From Histomonas meleagridis 2922-C6/04-290x (taxonomy: Eukaryota > Protista > Parabasalia), in assembly GCA_020184695.1 (NCBI GenBank), contig JAANOX010000032.1, forward strand, positions 62,001 to 126,000: 64,000 nucleotides of DNA. The letters are read 5' to 3'. The translations under genes were made by a program, and so were the position numbers. This document shows positions 1 to 10,822 of the stretch, piece after piece. The notes beneath the pieces are model-generated. The model did no database searches, was not told the DNA's origin, and was given only the letters and a program-made list of their open reading frames with translations. Position 1 is the first letter of the stretch. The number at the start of each line of letters is the position of its first letter.

Positions 1-69
1 TGCTTAAGTTATGAAGAAACTTAATTTTCATTCAAAAAGTGTACAAATAAACTATTGAAATTCTTCAAA

Positions 70-3000
70 ATGAAAAATGAGCAGAAGGAAAACACGGAAC
101 GATCCATAAATATAAAGAATCAACATAAACTTCTTCAATTAGAACAAATTATATTTGATATAGATGAAGGAAATGTTGAAACATCTGTTCAATTAACCAA
201 TGAATTATTCAATTATGATTTTCCTGAATCTTTTAATCTTGTAATATGTCGTTTAATATATTATGCATATATATCAAAAAAGAAAAATCAATATTTATAT
301 TTTGATTTTTTGAAAAAAATTGAATTAAATAAAGAAGCAGTTACAAATTCTCGCAAACCTATTGACACCTTTCATCGGTTTCTAATTGATATTAACTCAG
401 AAGAAGCGAATTATTTAATAGAAAGAATGATAGACCAAAATATAATTGGAACCAATTTAGTAAAAGAAAAGGAAACATTTTATTTTGCACACAGGATATC
501 TCCAAATATTTTAAATCATTTGATGGAATGTTACATAGATCCGTTCAAACAAGAATTCGTATCAAATTATAAAGCTCTCTCTGAAAATAATTGGGAACTT
601 CATAAACAATTCATTAAAGAAGGAGTTAATCCAAATGCAATTGCAAAAATAATTCGAAATGATGAAATCGAAAAACTTCAAGAAACAACATCACAAACAA
701 ATTTTAATTTTAATCAAATAATTGAACCATCACTTTACGAAAGATATTCATTTATTAACAAACCAAATGTTACATTAATTGATTATGCAGCATTTTTTGG
801 AGCAATTAAATGTTTTAAATATTTAATGTTAAATGGTTCTGTTATTCATAATGCAGTAAAATATGCAATTGCAGGTGGAAACATTGAAATATTTCATTTA
901 TGTGAGCAAAATAATTCATCATTTGAAGACGCATATAAAACAGCAATTAAATTTCATCGAAATGATATTTTTAAATATATTTATGAAAATAAAATTATCA
1001 AGATTAATAATATTGAAGAATTAGGAAAATTGTGTATCAAATATTCTAATTATGAAATTCTTTCGATCTTAGAAGAAGAAGGAATGAAAAGTAATGAATC
1101 AATTATTTGCGAATCCTCAAGAGTAGGGAATTTATTCCTTGTAAAACATTTTCTTGAAGGAAATAATGTTTCTAAGGATATATTAATTGAATCTATTAAT
1201 TCAGGTAATGTTGAACTTGTTTATTTTTTTCTTAAATTCAATTCTATTAATATTAATACTAAAAATATATCTTTAAAATGTTTCTTGTTAATTTCAATAA
1301 TTTGTAGTTTGTTATCTTTTTTTGGAATTTATTTGTTTTTTCTCGAACACCATTAATAATTGCTTGTGCAATTAATTATCATGAAATAGTCAAATTACTT
1401 CTTGATCAAGAAAATATTGATATTAATGCAAAAGATGTTTTTTGATTTTTTTCTACTGTTTGTTTATAATATTTTTAGTTCAATTTTAAATTTTGGAATT
1501 CATTATTTTTATTTTTTACAGCACTTATGTATTCATGTTCAAGAGGAAGAGTAAAAACAGTTAAATTGCTTCTTGAACAAGATGAAATCGAAATAAATTC
1601 TCAAAGTATTTATTCAAGAAATTTAATATTTATTTCATTAATTTCATATATGAATTTAAAATTTGGAATTTCTTTAAAGTATTGCACACAGCATTAATGT
1701 ATTCATGTAAGAATGGTTACTTTGAAATTGTTAAATTATTACTTGAACATGAAGATATTGATATTAATATTAAAACTGTTTTTTATATTTTGCATCATAT
1801 ATATAAATAATGATTTGATGTTTCATTTTTATATTTGGATTTTTCTTGAAATAATTATAACTGCTTTAATATATGCATGTTTAAATGGTAATCTGGAAAT
1901 TGTAAAATTATTATTAAATAGAAAAGATATCGAAATAGATGCAAAAGATGTTTTTTGGTTAAATAAAATGTTTATTTAAAATATTTTCTGTTCCATTTAT
2001 ATTATCAGTATTTATTTAATAAATTTAGAACACCACTTATGTATATATGTTTAAATAATAAAATTGAAGTTTTAAAACTATTTATTGGAAAAGATATTGA
2101 TATAAATGCAAAAGATATTTATTTTTGTCTTACAGAAATAATTTTTAGTATTTTCAATTTCATTTCATTATTAGGTGTTTTTTCATATAAAATTGGACCG
2201 CATTACATTATTCATGTAAAAATGGGAACTCCGATATAGTCAAAATACTACTTCGAAAAAAGGGAATTAATTTCAATGCAACAGATGTTTCTGAAATTGA
2301 TTCAAATTTTATTTAATTTTTTTCATGTTTAATTGCATTATTTGGAGTTGAAATTCATTATTATGTACATCATTAATGTTCGCATGTGAAAATAATTTTG
2401 TTGAAATTGTTAAATTATTAATCATAAGAAAAGGAATTGACATTAATATTAAAAATATTTATATTTTACTTAAAATGAGTTTTACTTTCTTTTAATATTA
2501 ACTTTTTATTTTTGGAGTTCTTTTAAATATTTTTATACAGCACTTATGTATTCATGTAGAAATGGATATAATGAAATTGTTGAATTGTTACTTGAACAGA
2601 AAATAATTGATGTCAATGCAATAAATATTTTATTATATGATTTGATAATTATTTTAATATATTAATGTTTTACATATACATTTAAAATTAATTTTTATAA
2701 TTTGAAACAGCATTTATGATTGCATGCGAGAACAATCAAATTGATATTATTAAATTACTTCTAAAAAGAAAAGGAATCGATTTAAATATGAAAGATGTTG
2801 ACTTATTATATTAAATATTTAATATAAAATTTTAGTATTTCAAAATATTATATGGAAATTACTAAAATTATATAATACAGCACTTATGATAGCATGTCAA
2901 AAAGATAATAATGAAATTGTTGAATTACTTCTTAGTCGAAAAGGAATCGATTTAAATTCAAAAAATCTTTATTTTCTTTAATTAATGTTTAATTAATCAT

Positions 3001-3530
3001 TATAATGTTTATTCATATAATATGGTGTTTATAAAAATCTTTTTATACACCACTCATGTATGCATGTCGAAATGGTCAAATTAAAATTGTTGAATTACTT
3101 CTTGAGAGAAAAGGCATTGGTATAAATGCAAAAGATGTTTATGGCTTATATTTAATGTTAATATATTATTTTCCAAGTAAAAACATATAATTTCGAGTTT
3201 TTAAATAACATTTCAAACTGCACTAATTCAAGCATGTAAATTTAATAAGATAGAGATTGTAAAAATCCTTCTATCTAAAAAAGGGATTAATATTAATGAA
3301 AAAGATGTTTATATTTTTAAATCAAAGTTTATTTTAAAATTCCACAAATTCAAATCTATATTTCGAATTTATTCAAACCATTTCGTTCAGCATTAATATA
3401 TGCATGTGAGAGAGAATACAAAGAAATTGTTGAAATACTTCTTGATCAGAATGATATTGATGTTGACGGGTGTTCATCAATTACTAAAAACATTGAGATT
3501 ATCGAGTTAATGAGAATGAAGGGTTACTAA
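70..3530 (+). CDS. DUF3447-type ankyrin-repeat protein (locus 1), interrupted by 52 non-canonical ~17-nt spacers; reconstructed length about 857 aa
   Basis: ATG at 70. The N-terminal ORF to 1266 contains the parabasalid ankyrin-associated motif NAIAKIIRNDEIEKLQE...TLIDYAAFFGAIKCFKYL. It is followed by 12 stop-free 87-90-nt ankyrin segments (T-[AP]-L...INxKD) separated by 13 blocks of 80-82 nt. The last exon, 3387-3530, ends in TAA. Confidence 0.85.
1267..3386 (+). other. Array of 13 linker blocks, each 4x(17-nt T-rich spacer + 1 codon), period ~170 nt
   Basis: Blocks counted by hand: 1267-1346, 1437-1517 (81 nt), 1608-1687, 1778-1859 (82 nt), 1950-2029, 2117-2196, 2287-2366, 2457-2536, 2627-2706, 2797-2876, 2967-3046, 3137-3216, 3307-3386. 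Eleven are exactly 80 nt. Retained codons: LVGR, TLGF, NHGH, SDGI, NSSR, RSGW, KHGC, NNGY, DNKE, NSGN, NNGY, NQRQ, KTRR. Confidence 0.9.
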
Positions 3531-3811
3531 GTTGATTACAGAAAAATTTGTTATTTATATCATATTTCCGACAATATATGAATAAAAGTTTTGTTACGAA
3601 AGGAAAATAATCTTTTCATTTTGAGCTCAAAGTAAATAAAACAAATACATTTAAGAAAAATGTAAATAGAATAAATCACAATTATGTTTTTATGAAATTA
3701 AATATTGCACATAGATTAAAATCTTATGATAAAACAATTTTAAAGTTCAATGAAAAAGAAAATCGATTTGGCACTTTTTCCTTATGAGAAAAAAGATTCT
3801 AAAAATCTTCC

Positions 3812-4396
3812 ATGGAAGAACCAGACTTTATTTATAAAATTACTTTAGCAGGCGACAATACTGTTGGTAAGGCTAGCTTTATTTTGCGCCTTCAGAAAGA
3901 CATATATGATGCAAATTCCTCTCACTATGCTACGGAATTTACAATAAAAAATTTTGAAATTGAAGACAAATATGTTAAAATACAAGTGTGGAACATGCGT
4001 GATACAAAATGGAATTTAAATATGTCTTTCCATGGATCAAAAGGAGTAATTCTTCTCTACGATATTACGCAAAGAAACACGTTTAAAAATGTATCAGAAT
4101 GGCTAAACCGTATTCATAATACTGCAGGAGGGGAAGTTGTTATTATGCTAATTGGATCAAAATGCGATCTTAATGACAAGCGGAAAGTTTCAATAGATGA
4201 AGGGTTTGAACTGAGTGTAGCTAATAATTTTATTTTCTTTGAAACATCATCACTTGAAAACATTAATGTTCATGAAGCATTTGCAACATTCGTCAAAAAA
4301 GTCCATCAAATCCACAAAAATGACAAAAAACAACAGCCAATAGTGGAGCAAGCTTCAGCTCCAAAGTATAATCATCATCAATGTAATTTTTCGTGA
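3812..4396 (+). CDS. Divergent Rab-like small GTPase
   Basis: G1 GDNTVGKAS, G4 GSKCD, G5 ETSS and Rab-like LLYDIT...TFKNVSEWL. The G3 motif WDTAGQ is replaced by WNMRDT. C-terminal CNFS. Confidence 0.85.
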   Translation: MEEPDFIYKITLAGDNTVGKASFILRLQKDIYDANSSHYATEFTIKNFEIEDKYVKIQVWNMRDTKWNLNMSFHGSKGVILLYDITQRNTFKNVSEWLNRIHNTAGGEVVIMLIGSKCDLNDKRKVSIDEGFELSVANNFIFFETSSLENINVHEAFATFVKKVHQIHKNDKKQQPIVEQASAPKYNHHQCNFS

Positions 4397-4862
4397 TTAA
4401 TTTTGTTATCAATATCAATTAGGATCTTATTAATAAACTTATTACAAGATATCATATATTTTTAAGTCAAGTTTGTTTTCATATTAACATTAGAAAATGA
4501 AATAACATTGTTTTAAAAAAAATGATTATCTAAATTATACTGATTTTCATAAATGAACATACCTTTAAATCATTCATAAATGCTAAACCACAAAATTTAT
4601 TAATTAGATATGAAAGTGATTGAATATGGCTTTATTGTATTATTTTAAACCAAATGTCATGGAACATTTAATTCATGGGAAACCAAATATTCCATACGAA
4701 ATATTAAGAATTATTTTCAAACTTTTTTAAATACAGATGTAGCAAATCAATCAGTATGTCTAAAAATATTCAATTTTAATCAACAATAAAAATTTCTCTC
4801 GAATTCGATTCTTAACATTTATTGAAAAGAATAATGTAAAAAAGAAATGAGAACTTTTTTCT

Positions 4863-5498
4863 TTACAACATATTACACATGTCATAAATTGTTTGTTTTG
4901 TTTGGTTTTCTTCATTTTTTTGAACATTTGGCACAAAATATAAGTCATTAAGTTCGATAATGCTTTGAAACAATTCCTTAATGTTTTCTCCCGTTTTAGC
5001 TGATGTTTCGACGTAAAATTTTGTGCCTATTTTTGACATTAATTTTTCTATTTCTTTTGTTTCTATTCTTTTTGGTTTCGGAATATCTTCTTCTGGAATA
5101 TCTTTTTTATTACCAACAAGAACAAGTACGACTGATTCTGGTACATTCGATTCCTTAATCAAAGAATAAAATTCAAATAAATCGTCAAATGTAGTTTTAT
5201 TTGACTTATCAAAAACAAGAAAAATAACTCCAACATGTTTTAATCCGAAACGTAAATAACTGTACGCGTGTTTAATTTGAAATGAAGACCCAGCTCTAGG
5301 AATCAATATTTCTAAAAAAATCTTTTTATTTTCAGTATCAAATTGCGTTGAATAATCTCTTGAACATAAATATCTTTCCTCACTATATTGATTATAAACT
5401 AACCTTCGAGCAATACTTTGCCTTCCAACACTTCCAGCTCCAAGAATTACTAATCTTAAAGTTGGATTGTTCACAAGAACAAATTGAGAAACTTCCAA
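4863..5498 (-). CDS. Divergent Ras-superfamily small GTPase with CaaX box (CNML); no in-frame ATG found
   Basis: LVILGAGSVGRQS (P-loop Lys replaced by Arg), VLVGNKKD, VETSAKTGENIKELF, C-terminal CNML. The ORF track start is TTG. Confidence 0.75.
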   Translation of the reverse strand: MEVSQFVLVNNPTLRLVILGAGSVGRQSIARRLVYNQYSEERYLCSRDYSTQFDTENKKIFLEILIPRAGSSFQIKHAYSYLRFGLKHVGVIFLVFDKSNKTTFDDLFEFYSLIKESNVPESVVLVLVGNKKDIPEEDIPKPKRIETKEIEKLMSKIGTKFYVETSAKTGENIKELFQSIIELNDLYFVPNVQKNEENQTKQTIYDMCNML

Positions 5499-5537
5499 AA
5501 AGTGACGGTATTTTTGGGGTGGTACAATTATTTTAGG

Positions 5538-6053
5538 ATGAGCGAAGAAGGCTCTCGCCCAAAATATTATTCAAGTGAATCACTCACAAGGCTGGGAAGA
5601 ATGGTTGGTAAAAAGAATAGTGGGTCAAATCGAAAAAGCAGTTTGAATAGATCAAAACAAAGCGAATCATTAATTTCAGAAGAAGATCCAGATATTGAAG
5701 AATTGGATGAAAGGATTTCGAATCTATTGTTAAAGACAACCGAAATTGCTGACAAATTAGATCACATAAAATCAGTGAACAAAAATTCATATGAGAAAAA
5801 GCATTCTCAAAACAGAAATAAGGAAGAAAACACAATAATACCCAAAATTGAAAAAGAAATGGTTACTCAAAAAGATAATACACAGATTTTCCAAAAGAAA
5901 AAATATGAAAATCAAGACGAAGTCAACTTATCAAGTATAATGCAAGCGATTCAATCAATTTCTAAAGAAGTACATGAAATAAAAGAAGAACAGGCGATTA
6001 TGAAAAGGCAAATTAACACTATATTATCAATATTGCAAATCAGCAAAGATTAA
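5538..6053 (+). CDS. Hypothetical coiled-coil/charged protein
   Basis: ATG at 5538 (MSEEGSRPK...), 171 codons, with heptad-like helical segments. Confidence 0.6.
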   Translation: MSEEGSRPKYYSSESLTRLGRMVGKKNSGSNRKSSLNRSKQSESLISEEDPDIEELDERISNLLLKTTEIADKLDHIKSVNKNSYEKKHSQNRNKEENTIIPKIEKEMVTQKDNTQIFQKKKYENQDEVNLSSIMQAIQSISKEVHEIKEEQAIMKRQINTILSILQISKD

Positions 6054-6668
6054 TTTGAAGTCATTTATGTAAATAAAATATATATTATGTTTGTTTCATC
6101 AATTTTAACCTTTAGGTTAACTTCAAAGTTATTTTTGGTTTCTCACAACAACGCATTGAAATTTCAACATATAAAACGTATACCACTCAAAAATGAATAA
6201 TGCATAGAATTTTTTGAATGATTTCCCCAAAAACCTCAAAAATTGTGTACTTACACAGCCATCAACCTCACGCAATCCAACAATTAAATACTATCCACTT
6301 CTCACAACTAAAGTTATACTCTACTCATATCCACTCTTATAATGCGTACGATTTTACAATTGCATGTCGTTACGAATATGTAATAATCATCATTAGCGAT
6401 ATCCTTTCTTAATTTTTTTCTCTATTTCATACCTTCATTATAACAATATCAATTATTGTATTATTTTTACCTTCACCAGTAATTTGCAAAGTACTAATTG
6501 CAACAGAAATCAAAGAAAATTTTTTATAAAACATTAAACCCAAAAATGTAACAATATTTTAAATTATTTCACATTGATTTCTTCTACATATTTTCCATTT
6601 TATTCAACACCATCCACAAAAACGCAAATCATCAATTCAACAAAAATAAAATTCAATTGACAATGAAT

Positions 6669-8273
6669 TTATTCGCTTTTTTTGTTATTCTGTTCTTTTT
6701 CTTTCTCTTTTTCCTTGTCTTTCTGTAGCACCAAACTATTTAACCAGTTATTCAGCAGCAGTGATGGCTCCAATTGGTACGCGATAAGGTCATCTATTTT
6801 GCCCATTGCTCTTTTGCGAATGTTATCCACTGCTCTCATGACATCCATGAACGATGGCCTTTCTATTATATCATAACTATCCTTATAATTTGTTAAAATC
6901 TCGAAGAATCCTGCGATAGTTTTCTTATACTTCTCAGCTATTTTATCCACATTTTCATTATTCGAACTTTCGAAAGAAAAAACCATAGTTAATAACTTCG
7001 GCAACAAAGTCGAGTTTTGTATATTAATAACAATTTCAGGAGGATCCGAATCTTGTGGCTGACATATCATTGGGAATAACACACGAAAGAAGAATATCAT
7101 AAACACACCTCTTTGTGCGTATTTCTCTTCTTTATACTTTGCCAAACATTCGTCATATATAGTACGACATATGAAACGTGTTGTTAATGATACATTTGTT
7201 AATAACTTACTAATGGTATCAATAAACATACTCGTAGTATAATCGATGATATTTAAGTCAAAGTCTTCTTTGGAGTCTAAGTTATACGTAGGAATAGCAC
7301 ATAACTTGGTCTTAAGAGGAATAATTATCGATTGGAAAAATGGCTCAAGTTCATTCTTAATGATTCCAATGATAATTTTGGTCTCGATTAAGTTGGATCG
7401 CATGATGTTAGCTTCATCAATAGTCTTGAAAACATCTTTACAAACACAATACTTAACAAGGCGATGATGAATGCCATAAAATTTGAATATGGTAATAAGG
7501 TCATTATCGATCTCCATGACTTGGCGCGCAAATAGTGCCGATAAAACTGACATATCAGGAGATATGATGTACTCGCAAAAAGCAGAATAGGCTGCAACTG
7601 GTAAAGTGGTGATTTGGTCAACTGATTTGACTGATGTGAAAAATGATTTGGATGGACTGAACTTGTTGTTCTCAAAATCGTTGATCATTTGCTTCCAATC
7701 TTCATCAGGATATTCAAGTTGGGAATATGGATATGTCTTCTTGGGTGAATAAATGGATTTGGGTGAATAGAAATCAACATTACCATCATTTTTAAGGACT
7801 GCTATCTCGTCATGGCCACTACGTGAGACACTGTAGACAAGAAAGACATTGGGACGTTGAAATTGTGGTATTAAATAGAGTGAAAAAAAATCAAGATATT
7901 TCTGATAGGAATCACGTCCTTTGGTTTTGGTTAAAATGCTCTGGACAATGGACATCATACGGGTTTGAAGTGGTGAAAAGAAACGTTCAGTATTTGAAAT
8001 AATATAAGTAGCAGTATTAATACAACTAGCATAAAACTCAGTAGGAAGAGTAAAACGTAAGGCTTCAATTAATTCGGATGGAGGAGATTGAATCATTTTT
8101 CTAAAGTCTTTATGAAATTGATGAAAAAGTTTAGAATCAGCATTCTCGTTAGAGCCATACACAAGCTCAACAAATTCACCGAGTTTAGTAGTTTCTTTTT
8201 GTTGCAGCGAAACTTCCTTATTGAAGATGGTTGACATACTTTTGGATTGATAACCAGATAACAGTTGGTTCAT
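6669..8273 (-). CDS. RasGAP-domain protein
   Basis: IMRSN resembles the arginine-finger motif (FRxN), and FFFRVLFPMICQP resembles the RasGAP signature FLRFxxPAIxxP; 534-aa ORF. Confidence 0.75.
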   Translation of the reverse strand: MNQLLSGYQSKSMSTIFNKEVSLQQKETTKLGEFVELVYGSNENADSKLFHQFHKDFRKMIQSPPSELIEALRFTLPTEFYASCINTATYIISNTERFFSPLQTRMMSIVQSILTKTKGRDSYQKYLDFFSLYLIPQFQRPNVFLVYSVSRSGHDEIAVLKNDGNVDFYSPKSIYSPKKTYPYSQLEYPDEDWKQMINDFENNKFSPSKSFFTSVKSVDQITTLPVAAYSAFCEYIISPDMSVLSALFARQVMEIDNDLITIFKFYGIHHRLVKYCVCKDVFKTIDEANIMRSNLIETKIIIGIIKNELEPFFQSIIIPLKTKLCAIPTYNLDSKEDFDLNIIDYTTSMFIDTISKLLTNVSLTTRFICRTIYDECLAKYKEEKYAQRGVFMIFFFRVLFPMICQPQDSDPPEIVINIQNSTLLPKLLTMVFSFESSNNENVDKIAEKYKKTIAGFFEILTNYKDSYDIIERPSFMDVMRAVDNIRKRAMGKIDDLIAYQLEPSLLLNNWLNSLVLQKDKEKEKEKEQNNKKSE

Positions 8274-9011
8274 AATTGAATTGGATAACCTCCGTAAAAA
8301 TATTTTGTCTTGATCATCTTTCCTTACGTCTAACTCGTAAATTTTGTGTTAAGATCTCATGTAATAATTTTCAAAGGCCCGATTAGAATTCCAATCAAAA
8401 TAACTGATGTTTGTTTTTGTACACGAAAATGAAAAAAAATTGGTTTTTTTAGGTAAATTTATCTGTTGGGATTTTTATAAACGTACTAAAAGGGATAATT
8501 GAGAACTTGACCTCACTTGTAACAAAAAGCTAAGTAAAGCTATGAAATTTTTAATCACTTGGGCGGTTGAAACGTGAAATGATATAACGCTTTCGGCAGA
8601 GCACACATTTATTTTCGATTTATATAATAATAAATATGAAAGATAAGGTTGCGATTCAGTAGTAGCACATTTTTATTGATGTAATTCAATATCAATAAAA
8701 GTCAGCAATAATATTAGAGAAATTCAACTTTTAATAATAATGTTATCAAGTTTGATAAAAAAATTTATAAGGTATCGATTTGTATTCCATTTGTTCATGT
8801 AAGGTGAAAAATCTTGTAAATTTTATTATTTATTCGTATGATAATTCCATAAACTAAATTTTAGAAAATAATGTCGAATTACTATAAAATTCATCAGCAA
8901 AATCTTTAAATTATGGACACTTGCACGACATGATAGAACTCATTAGTTTTTATTTTTATTACGCAAAGTTTACGTAATTTGAAAACAACAAAATTCAGAA
9001 ATATAAATCAT

Positions 9012-10331
9012 TTACTGTAAACCCAATTTATCGGATTCTTCATAAGACTTGAAGCCGTTTTTGCTTCCCTTCTTCTTTATGAATATGACCACGATAATAA
9101 TTATTGATACTAATACGACGACGCCCACAGCGATAAGGATATAGCCATACAATGGGAACTGCTTCTTAATTTCGATAGTGAATATGTCGTTTAACATTGC
9201 GCCCATTGCCCAACCGATTTCGACGCCATTAACTTTCTTTGGCGATGCGAATGTTTGCTGCAGATCAGACAATCCAAATCCTTCAGCAAGAACTTTATAA
9301 CAGTATACGATGTCAAAGAAGTACGCACTTAAATAGTTGGGATCAATGTCGGAATGTTCTTTGCTGATTTCCGAAAATGCCGTACCATTAATCTTTACTA
9401 AATATTCGGTGAAATGAGAAAGTTTAAAGTCGTCTGGAAGTTTCATAAAGTCTTGAATGACGTATGTGAATGTTGAAAATGGAATGTAATGTTTGGTAGC
9501 ATTCGGTTGTGGAAGGTAAATGGATGCGAATTTGGGGTCTCTTATAAGGACATCGTCAATTTGTTTGGAACATTCATTGACATTACCTGTTCCAACATAT
9601 GTGACACCATCTTTAACTTCTTGATAGTCTTTGAAATAACAAGGAACTTCAACACGTGTACCTTCTTTGCGAGAGGCATTGACTACGGCATCGAGAGCTT
9701 TTTCTTGACCATAACCAAGATATGAATATGAGAAAACATTGTAATATGTTTTGCCAACCTTGACATTGTATCTGTTCTCAGAACTTACTATGCTTGGGTG
9801 TAGCTGATAGGTTAGTTCAAGTGAGGCACCACCCATATCAACGGCACCATATGTATCTTTTTCATTTTGGAATGTCCTGTATAAGTAGTTGGTACAAATC
9901 CAGCCAAAAATTCCTTCATCTGCATCAGAAAGAACACGAACATCTTCAGAAACAAATTTGAATTCACAATTTGAACGGAGATATTGATATATATCGTTCA
10001 TTACGGTTTTCTGGTCTTCTTGTGAAAGGCCACGAACACCTGCTGTTGCTAAGAGCATCAAACGTGTCTCTGAAATCAAATCTTTTGGAATATATTTCAG
10101 ACAAACTTCAATAACCTTATCACCAATAGCTTTGGTAAGGGATTTGTTTTTGGGAACATCTGAAAGTCTTAAAGAAAATTTTTGGTAAGCAATTGTCTTT
10201 AATTCTGGAATAGCATCATTTTGGGTCTGGTTATAAGAATAAATATTTACACGTGTACCTGTACTCCCTGCATCAATAACAATTCCATATTTAGTGTTTC
10301 CAAAAGCAAAGGCAAATAAAACACAAAGCAT
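9012..10331 (-). CDS. GDA1/CD39 family NTPDase (apyrase), membrane-anchored
   Basis: Apyrase conserved regions IVIDAGSTGTR, ATAGVR, EGIFGW, DMGGAS, GWAMG; N-terminal signal peptide and C-terminal TM helix. Confidence 0.93.
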   Translation of the reverse strand: MLCVLFAFAFGNTKYGIVIDAGSTGTRVNIYSYNQTQNDAIPELKTIAYQKFSLRLSDVPKNKSLTKAIGDKVIEVCLKYIPKDLISETRLMLLATAGVRGLSQEDQKTVMNDIYQYLRSNCEFKFVSEDVRVLSDADEGIFGWICTNYLYRTFQNEKDTYGAVDMGGASLELTYQLHPSIVSSENRYNVKVGKTYYNVFSYSYLGYGQEKALDAVVNASRKEGTRVEVPCYFKDYQEVKDGVTYVGTGNVNECSKQIDDVLIRDPKFASIYLPQPNATKHYIPFSTFTYVIQDFMKLPDDFKLSHFTEYLVKINGTAFSEISKEHSDIDPNYLSAYFFDIVYCYKVLAEGFGLSDLQQTFASPKKVNGVEIGWAMGAMLNDIFTIEIKKQFPLYGYILIAVGVVVLVSIIIIVVIFIKKKGSKNGFKSYEESDKLGLQ

Positions 10332-10752
10332 CTGACACTAGTGTCTGAGAGTGGTTCTGAAATTCAATTGGCGGTTATTTGAATAAATATCACAAAAATG
10401 GCGAATTGTTTATGTCAAAAAACGATGAGATAAAGCCCAAATGGACAAACTTTTTCAAATAATGAACATTCAATTTTTTAACCGATTGAACGTTCGGAAT
10501 TGAATATTTCAGGGCATGTGACGTGAGAACCGAATTCAATGGTTTATGTCTCGCTGCTTTTTGTCAGCAACCTTTATCTCATTAAATATGATTAATGTTT
10601 TTGTCCACTGTGCTATTCAATTTCTTGTTCAATTTGAGCATAGCGCATGGCAATTAAACATAAAAAAAAAAAGTTTCTTTAAGAAAGTTTAATAAATTTT
10701 TTCCAAAGTTGCTTCTGAAATAACGATATCGTTATTTATTCTGTGTGGAATA

Positions 10753-10777
10753 AAAAAGTGCCAAATGACGGCGGTTT
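10753..10777 (+). promoter_or_regulatory. AAAAAGTGCC (M2-like) plus GGCGGTT (M3-like) motifs upstream of the gene at 10823
   Basis: Both motifs lie 45-70 nt before the ATG; the same AAAAGTG[AC]C motif recurs upstream of several other genes. Confidence 0.45.
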
Positions 10778-10822
10778 TTTCATGGCCACTTAAAATTATC
10801 TTTTATTCCCAAACAAATTATA

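Noticed and set aside
1713-2239. Short ORFs with TM-like stretches in the track (also 22632-22820, 49781-50250, 61515-61724)
   Set aside because: They are artefacts of reading through T-rich spacers, not independent genes.
1267-3386. Canonical GT-AG (or AT-AC) introns ending at ...ACAG before CACTT
   Set aside because: The ACAG is the Thr-Ala codon pair of TAL and is absent in TPL/TSL repeats (acacca, acatca). There is no ACTAAC branch motif, and a single intron would discard the conserved Gly codon at block position 58-60.
1267-3386. Ankyrin loci are simply pseudogenes or sequencing noise
   Set aside because: Exact 80-nt lengths, stop-free segments, no stop among roughly 100 retained triplets across the loci, synonymous Gly variation and 17-nt-quantised losses are not expected from decay or homopolymer errors. 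Expression is still unproven.
1347-3386. 170-nt period as a nucleosome-phasing signal
   Set aside because: 170 is fully explained by 102 nt (34 codons) + 4x17, and the period changes when spacers are absent.
1267-3386. CRISPR-like array
   Set aside because: There is no invariant direct repeat and no cas-like gene; the repeated units are protein-coding ankyrin segments.
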